Origin: Snowella sp.
GTDB lineage: Bacteria; Cyanobacteriota; Cyanobacteriia; Cyanobacteriales; Microcystaceae
Direction of reading: 5' to 3'
NCBI GenBank assembly: GCA_035285545.1
Contig: JAYKGY010000129.1
Span: forward strand, 15,047-79,046
Length of the DNA: 64,000 nt
In this document: positions 58,656 through 64,000 of the stretch, piece by piece
Position numbering within the stretch: the stretch's first letter is position 1
Layout of the letters: every line of letters starts with the position of its first letter
The notes under the pieces: model-generated
What the model saw: only the letters and a program-made list of their open reading frames with translations
What the model was told of the DNA's origin: nothing
The model's database searches: none
Program-made: the position numbers and the translations under genes

Positions 58656-58734
58656 GGGACTAGGCAATCTGAAGCGAGCCTAAGTTTAAGGATTTCTACA
58701 GGTTTATGCCTGCGTAATTTCGATATTTTAAAGT

Positions 58735-58863
58735 ATGAAAGAATCAAGAAACGGATTCGATAATTTCCCTGAGCCAGACTCAGAATGGTACTGGAATCCA
58801 ATTGTTGATGAGGAAGGAGAGATTGTAAATCGCCCAGATTGGGAGTCACGCAATCGAGACTAA
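58735..58863 (+). CDS. 42-aa acidic, Trp-rich small ORF leading the cas operon
   Basis: Not in the ORF track. MKESRNGFDNFPEPDSEWYWNPIVDEEGEIVNRPDWESRNRD*. Lies between the candidate promoter and the large-subunit gene. No clear SD sequence. Confidence 0.45.
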   Translation: MKESRNGFDNFPEPDSEWYWNPIVDEEGEIVNRPDWESRNRD

Positions 58864-58940
58864 CTAAACGTTGGGGAGGAGGCAGTGATCAAACATTATT
58901 CTTTCTCTCCAGCAATAAACACAATCAAGGACAGATTTCA

Positions 58941-61532
58941 ATGAGTACATCTCAAACTGAACTGATAAGTCGAGCATCTCAAAAACTTCAAGAAAATATC
59001 AATAGTGGTGTTCAGAATGAAAACAAAGAGAGTGAAATTCGGATTTTAATATCTGCTTTGTCTAATCAAGTCATTCTAGAAAATCACTTAGAGTTGATTA
59101 ATGGCTTGTCTGCTTATCCAGAAGCTATAGAAATCGCCCGCTCACTAAATGATTCAAAATTAGTAAGACAATTACAAATTCAATCCCGATGTGTCAATAC
59201 TAAAATAAGCTTAGAAGAGTTGATTTTCCAAAAAGAAGGAGTTTTTTACAAAAATCAGAATATTGGTAGAACTCTACTTTTATATAAACATCCTTTCCCT
59301 GGAGAATTACAAGCAAAACTTGCCTATGAAAGTATAATTGATCGATATTTAGAATATTTACAAAAAAAGCTTAAGATTGCTGTTCTTGATGAAAGTGATT
59401 ACCATATTAAAATTTTTATTCCTACAAAAGAAGATTCTAAATTATTAGAAGAATATTGGGAAAAGTTTATTACGGAAGTAGCTTTTTCAATAAAGGATAA
59501 TTTCCAACAAACTTTATCTAATTTACAACAAACATTTATTTTAACACTCAAAAGTATTACTTTAGCTGATAGAGGATTTAGTACTTTAGAAATTCCAATT
59601 ATCACTCAAGAGCAGGCAATAATTTTAGCATCATTTTATCTCGCAATTATTGAACAGGTTAGAGAACGTCAAAACTATCGCCAATTGCAAATTAATAGTT
59701 TGGATCAGGAAATTCAAAATGCCGATTTAAGCGATAAAGAACGAAATTCCAAAGAAAAAGATCTACAAAAAAAGCAAGAAATGCAGGAGAAAGAAGCTAA
59801 AAAATATCAAGAATTTTTTCAAAAATCTTTGATTAAAATTTTTCAAGAGCAAAAACTTTATTGGGGCGAAATTAAAGAAATTGAAGATCAGATAAATCAA
59901 ACTGGATTAAAAAAGACACATTTTAAAAAGTTAAAACAACAACAAGAGAAATTACAGTCAAAAATTATTTTTAGTTTAGATTCGATTGCCATTAAAGAAA
60001 AATTATTTGCCGACTCTCAAGGAAACCCTTTTGAATTTATTAGATTAAATATAAAACAAGATTCAGAGAAGTTTAAAAAAATTGTTGAAATCGCTAGACT
60101 GTTTAATAAATCAGCAACGGAACAAATTAACTCAACTCGTGGCGATATTTTTACACAATGTATTATAGAAATGTATCGATTATTAGAAATTCCTCAATTA
60201 GATGAGATTCCTAAACCTTTATTAACTGTTCATCCCAAACTTTATGAAACGAGATTTGCGGGAGATGATGGTAAAGATTTTTGTTATTCTTGTGGTACTG
60301 CTTTAGAGCGAAATAATGCTAAATGGAGAGTGGCTAGATTTATGTTTGAAAGCCCCTCTCAACGTCGTCAATCATCATCAACTGAAGACAGACCATTTAT
60401 TTGTTCTTGTTGTTCTGTTTTGTCTTTTGCTTCCCCTCTGAAAGTAACAGATGATAGTATTATTCTAAAATTAGAATCTAAAATTAATAATTTCAATAAT
60501 GACTCTAAAATTAAACAACTTAAATTAAAAGATTATTTGCGAGGTTTAGTAATAGGAGAAGTTGATATTATTTCAGGAAAATATATTATTTTAAATTCTC
60601 AAAGTGAAAGATCTTCTAAAGGAGAAGTTGCATCTAAAAAATTAGGCTTAGAACAATATGCTTTAGCCAAAATTTCTTCAAAATTTCCTTTTGAAGTATT
60701 ATCTGATTGGGTGTTTAACCTTTATGTACAAAGTAGCCAGCCCGTCTTGTTAAAAAATAGACAATTAATTCTTGTAAAAGGATTAATGGAAGGTTATAGC
60801 CAATCAATTATTACTAAAGGCAATAAAGGGCAAGAAATTAATCTTAAATTAGGAGATGCTATTCGTTATGTACAGCAAGATTTACCCTACTTAGCAAACT
60901 ATGTGCTAGTTAAATCTTCCAGCCTTTCTAATTTGTTGTTATTAGAACAAGTTAGAGAGAAATATTATCAAGCTATCCAAGAAGATCTTGAACTCAAAGG
61001 AGATGATATGAAAATAGATCCGCTATGGAAACGTTACAAACTTTATGAAGATGTTGCAGCATTAACAGGATTAACTTACGCTTTTGCTCAATCTTTAGAA
61101 AGTACGGCAAAAAAATTGATGAAACCTGAAGACGCAGAGCGAGAAGTGAGTAAGTTAATTGAGCAAATAGATGATCCAGTTGCTTTTGCTTACTATGCAA
61201 CGTTAGGAGATGAGAAAAAAACGAGTGTTCAAGCAAGGCTTTATAACAATGCTGAAAATTATTTCATTTATTCTCAAACTAAAAAATTAATTGAAGAAAA
61301 ACTAGGAATTGTCAACAGAGAAGGCAAAGATGAATCTGGGAAACAATGGCTCCAGCTTTATGCAGATGATTTAATTAAAGCCTATTCTTATTTTGCTAAC
61401 CCTGAACTAGAAAATAATTATGCTCAAGAAAAAGATTGGAAAAATCTAGCTTATAATCTTAAGCTTTCTCTTTACACTCGTTTCCCTGAATTAGTTCGTA
61501 AACTTTCATCTACATCCAAAGGAGATAAATAA
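58941..61532 (+). CDS. Type I Cascade large subunit (Cas8/Cas10d-like, no HD domain)
   Basis: ATG 58941 with AAGGA upstream (863 aa). CYSC...FESPSQRRQS...RPFICSCC Zn finger, helical C-terminus. First of four coupled genes, ahead of cas7, cas5 and the HD gene. Confidence 0.75.
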   Translation: MSTSQTELISRASQKLQENINSGVQNENKESEIRILISALSNQVILENHLELINGLSAYPEAIEIARSLNDSKLVRQLQIQSRCVNTKISLEELIFQKEGVFYKNQNIGRTLLLYKHPFPGELQAKLAYESIIDRYLEYLQKKLKIAVLDESDYHIKIFIPTKEDSKLLEEYWEKFITEVAFSIKDNFQQTLSNLQQTFILTLKSITLADRGFSTLEIPIITQEQAIILASFYLAIIEQVRERQNYRQLQINSLDQEIQNADLSDKERNSKEKDLQKKQEMQEKEAKKYQEFFQKSLIKIFQEQKLYWGEIKEIEDQINQTGLKKTHFKKLKQQQEKLQSKIIFSLDSIAIKEKLFADSQGNPFEFIRLNIKQDSEKFKKIVEIARLFNKSATEQINSTRGDIFTQCIIEMYRLLEIPQLDEIPKPLLTVHPKLYETRFAGDDGKDFCYSCGTALERNNAKWRVARFMFESPSQRRQSSSTEDRPFICSCCSVLSFASPLKVTDDSIILKLESKINNFNNDSKIKQLKLKDYLRGLVIGEVDIISGKYIILNSQSERSSKGEVASKKLGLEQYALAKISSKFPFEVLSDWVFNLYVQSSQPVLLKNRQLILVKGLMEGYSQSIITKGNKGQEINLKLGDAIRYVQQDLPYLANYVLVKSSSLSNLLLLEQVREKYYQAIQEDLELKGDDMKIDPLWKRYKLYEDVAALTGLTYAFAQSLESTAKKLMKPEDAEREVSKLIEQIDDPVAFAYYATLGDEKKTSVQARLYNNAENYFIYSQTKKLIEEKLGIVNREGKDESGKQWLQLYADDLIKAYSYFANPELENNYAQEKDWKNLAYNLKLSLYTRFPELVRKLSSTSKGDK
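61008..61532 (+). CDS. cas11: Putative internally translated Cas11 small subunit (174 aa)
   Basis: In-frame ATG 61008 preceded by AAAGGAG (60996-61002), the same SD as in front of cas7. Product appears mostly helical. Confidence 0.65.
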   Translation: MKIDPLWKRYKLYEDVAALTGLTYAFAQSLESTAKKLMKPEDAEREVSKLIEQIDDPVAFAYYATLGDEKKTSVQARLYNNAENYFIYSQTKKLIEEKLGIVNREGKDESGKQWLQLYADDLIKAYSYFANPELENNYAQEKDWKNLAYNLKLSLYTRFPELVRKLSSTSKGDK

Positions 61533-61534
61533 TT

Positions 61535-62422
61535 ATGGCTACTGAATCTAAAGCAACTACTGGATTACCAAAAACAGATAAAAATAATCCCCGTTTACAT
61601 TTTGATATTTATGCAATTCTCGAAGGTTCTCAAGAACTATATTTAGGACATGAAGTACAAGTTAACGTCAATTTAGTTGAAACAGTCAAACTCAGCACTA
61701 AAGACGGAAGAGAAATAGAAAAATGTTATCTTTCTCCAACAAAAAGACGAGGTGTTGAGCGTCGTTGTCTTTTATGGTCGCCAGTGAAAAGTGGAGAATT
61801 ATTAGGAGATAAACAACAGTGTGGTATTCCTAAAACTTGTGCGGAACCGACTTGTCCTATTTGTTCAACCTATGGCGCACTTGATCCTGGCAAACGGACT
61901 TTAATTGGTCGCGTTACTCATGGTGGTGGTGTTGCAATTCAAGAAATATATCCTGTTGAAAAACAAAGAGCAATGCACCCATCACGTTTAGTCAATCAAA
62001 ACGATGAAACTCCAACGCCTTTCAGACGAGAATATAATCAGCCAGGTATTTTATATCCCGTTTCTAATCATGCTTTAAGTATTACAGAAAAAGACTTTTA
62101 TGCTGTTGCTTATGCTTTTTTAGACTCCTTGCCTCGTATTGGTTCAGGAAATCCCAAAGGAATCGCGATCGCAGAAGATTTAAACAATACACCTTTATTG
62201 GTATTGGATCGATATTTGTCTCCCAGAGGTAAGCGTCCTTTAATTTCTCCCTCTGAAATCAATCCTGAAAAAGCAATTAACGAATTTTTACGACTGGCAA
62301 GAACAGAAGAAAATACCAATCATATTCAAGCACCTCACTTTGATCGTTGGATTGGTGATGAAGCTTTAGCAAAATTACAGGAATACGCCGCTCTTTTTGT
62401 TGATACTGTTCTCGAAGCCTAA
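61535..62422 (+). CDS. cas7: Cas7 backbone protein (Csc2/Cas7d-like, Zn finger)
   Basis: YLSPTKRRGVERR, C..C..CPICSTYG, GRV, EYxQPG, RIGSG G-loop. AAAGGAG RBS. Confidence 0.8.
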   Translation: MATESKATTGLPKTDKNNPRLHFDIYAILEGSQELYLGHEVQVNVNLVETVKLSTKDGREIEKCYLSPTKRRGVERRCLLWSPVKSGELLGDKQQCGIPKTCAEPTCPICSTYGALDPGKRTLIGRVTHGGGVAIQEIYPVEKQRAMHPSRLVNQNDETPTPFRREYNQPGILYPVSNHALSITEKDFYAVAYAFLDSLPRIGSGNPKGIAIAEDLNNTPLLVLDRYLSPRGKRPLISPSEINPEKAINEFLRLARTEENTNHIQAPHFDRWIGDEALAKLQEYAALFVDTVLEA

Positions 62423-62425
62423 ATT

Positions 62426-63247
62426 ATGTATTGTCTAACAGTCAATATTATTCCAACGGCAGCAATGACATTTCGCATTTTGCCAGGATCAATTCTCAAT
62501 ATAGCCACCTATCCTTTCGTTCCGCCTACTACTTTATCGGGATATCTACGCCGAGTAGCCATGTTAAGTAATGGTTTCGATATTCCTGAAACAACTATTA
62601 ACAAAGAGAATCCCCCTTTTTATACTTTACCTCGTCACTGTGTAGCATTAGGAGCGTATCCAGTTAATCGGGCTTATAGTGGCGTTCATCGTACTTATCG
62701 TAAAGGAATGCGCTCTTTTAACCATGATACTTTCTCAAAATTGTATGTAGAAAAAGGAGAAAATTTTCAATTACATACTTGGGAATATTTTATTACTGAT
62801 GAATTAATTGGATTTGTAGTTAGTGAATCTTTATCCGATTTAGAAGCTTTGCTGAATATAGAATCATTTGGTTGCAAATTAGGCAAAGAAGGATTTGCAG
62901 TAATTGATAAAATTTCAGAACCAATAAAATTGCATCAAGAAGTAATGCCAGCTTGTCCATCAACGCTTGTTCCAATGGAAACATTGTTACAGCAAAATCA
63001 ATTTATTGATGGGTGTGATATTTACAACCTTTACCGTTATGATTGGTCAATCAATAAACACATTGATGACGGCAAGGGGTTATTAGATGAAACGCGATCA
63101 CCGATTAATGGTTTTATTCCTTTTGTTGGAGCTTATTACCCAAAAGAGCCTAAAGCTGTACCAACATTAGAATTTTATACCAATGAAGAAATTTATATTC
63201 CTACTTCCTTAGTTAATCTTTTACAAGGAGAAAAAGTTAATGTCTAA
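62426..63247 (+). CDS. cas5: Cas5
   Basis: N-terminal FR...TYPFVPPTTLSGYL Cas5 signature, WEY, KLGKEG G-loop. Confidence 0.8.
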   Translation: MYCLTVNIIPTAAMTFRILPGSILNIATYPFVPPTTLSGYLRRVAMLSNGFDIPETTINKENPPFYTLPRHCVALGAYPVNRAYSGVHRTYRKGMRSFNHDTFSKLYVEKGENFQLHTWEYFITDELIGFVVSESLSDLEALLNIESFGCKLGKEGFAVIDKISEPIKLHQEVMPACPSTLVPMETLLQQNQFIDGCDIYNLYRYDWSINKHIDDGKGLLDETRSPINGFIPFVGAYYPKEPKAVPTLEFYTNEEIYIPTSLVNLLQGEKVNV

Positions 63248-64000
63248 GCGTTATGATTTTGGTCGCTTATTTTTCCGTAAACCTAAAATTGATGGGAAAT
63301 TGATTCCTGAGTTTATTTTATTTCAACCTCTTGGCAATCATGTTAGTAATGTTAGAAAGTTAGTTAAGTATTTTCCTCAAAATTCTAATTTATGTCTTGA
63401 ACGAGTTTCTAAAAGTGCAGGTTTACATGATATTGGAAAACCTCAGAAATTTTCTGCAAAAATTGAATTTAAAAAAGGAAAACCTACTTTAACTTATTCA
63501 TTCTCTGGACATCGTTTTTTAGCTGCATATCCTAATGATCCTTGGGTAGAAAAATTAGCAAGAGGACATCATGATTATTCAGTTCGTGATATTTGTCGAG
63601 ATACTTACATCTTAAAAAACTTAATTAATAAACTTGATGAAAATGATCCTCTATGGGAAGTAGCAAAAAATTATCATGATACTTTGCTTATAGATCCCTT
63701 AACCTATGCAAAAGAGCTATACATTTTAGAAATGTGTGACCAAATAGAGGCGGAAATTGCGTGCCGTTTTTATGAAGATGATGAGCAAGCAGAATCTCGC
63801 GCTTTCATGGATTTTAATATTACTAAAGATCCTGAAAATTCTAATATTTTTTATCTTGATCCTTGGATTTTTAAAATTGATGAAGAAATCCAATTAACTT
63901 TAGCTACTTGGTCAATGCCTATTTCTCAAGATCTTAAAAGTAAAATTGAAAATGCTTCAAAAGAAGATCAAGATCAAATTAGTAGAGAATTACAAAAATA
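63240..64000 (+). CDS. cas3: Cas3-type HD nuclease (Cas3'' or N-terminus of Cas3), truncated by the window edge
   Basis: Not in the ORF track. ATG 63240 overlaps the end of cas5, AAGGAG RBS, open for 253 codons. QPLGNH, LHDIGK (HD at 63426-63431), GHRF, GHHD, MCDQ form the full HD metal-binding set. Confidence 0.85.
   Translation, partial: MSKRYDFGRLFFRKPKIDGKLIPEFILFQPLGNHVSNVRKLVKYFPQNSNLCLERVSKSAGLHDIGKPQKFSAKIEFKKGKPTLTYSFSGHRFLAAYPNDPWVEKLARGHHDYSVRDICRDTYILKNLINKLDENDPLWEVAKNYHDTLLIDPLTYAKELYILEMCDQIEAEIACRFYEDDEQAESRAFMDFNITKDPENSNIFYLDPWIFKIDEEIQLTLATWSMPISQDLKSKIENASKEDQDQISRELQK

Noticed and set aside
58839..58940. TTG start giving the 897-aa version of the large subunit
   Set aside because: The extension overlaps the micro-ORF and hairpin. 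ATG 58941 has an AAGGA SD and is more plausible.
60258..60269. AGDD in the large subunit as a Cas10 GGDD cyclase motif
   Set aside because: It lies immediately before the Zn finger, whereas the Palm2 GGDD of Cas10 follows it, and it lacks the hydrophobic strand context. Probably coincidental.
57577..64000. CRISPR array or mini-array near the cas genes
   Set aside because: No regularly spaced 28-37-nt direct repeats in the intergenic stretches (57577-57720, 58597-58940). An array may lie beyond the window.

Overview
Chromosomal window from a cyanobacterium: HIP1 octamer GCGATCGC throughout, beta-carboxysome operon, ado/aar, sqdBX. The gene content resembles unicellular Chroococcales/Synechocystis relatives (inference). 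Most of the window (0.3-57.6 kb) is ordinary core genome: ccmK2K1LMN, cobU, ado-aar, gpx, narB with an NtcA box, cobM, clpR-clpP3, recQ, chrA, gmd-fcl, ssb, purE, tRNA-Ser(GGA), fed2, hisZ, rbfA, sqdBX, a pseudo-orthocaspase, two histidine kinases and exbBD. The ORF track misses five coding regions: the 5' end of an IS200/IS605-type tnpB at the left edge, an orphan 59-aa antitoxin-like gene, a nonsense-inactivated DUF5615 PIN toxin, a 42-aa ORF leading the cas operon, and an HD nuclease at the right edge. The main result is at 57.7-64 kb, an AT-rich, HIP1-poor class 1 CRISPR-Cas effector locus that fits no standard subtype I can recognise. It comprises a divergent RHH-WYL regulator; an ~863-aa large subunit with a Cas10d-like Zn finger, a long coiled coil, no HD domain and an internal RBS+ATG for a hidden Cas11; a Csc2-like (I-D) Cas7; an I-A/I-B-style Cas5; and a separate Cas3-type HD nuclease ORF running off the window. 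No CRISPR array, cas6 or cas1/2 lies inside the window. All family calls come from motif recognition by eye, not from database searches.
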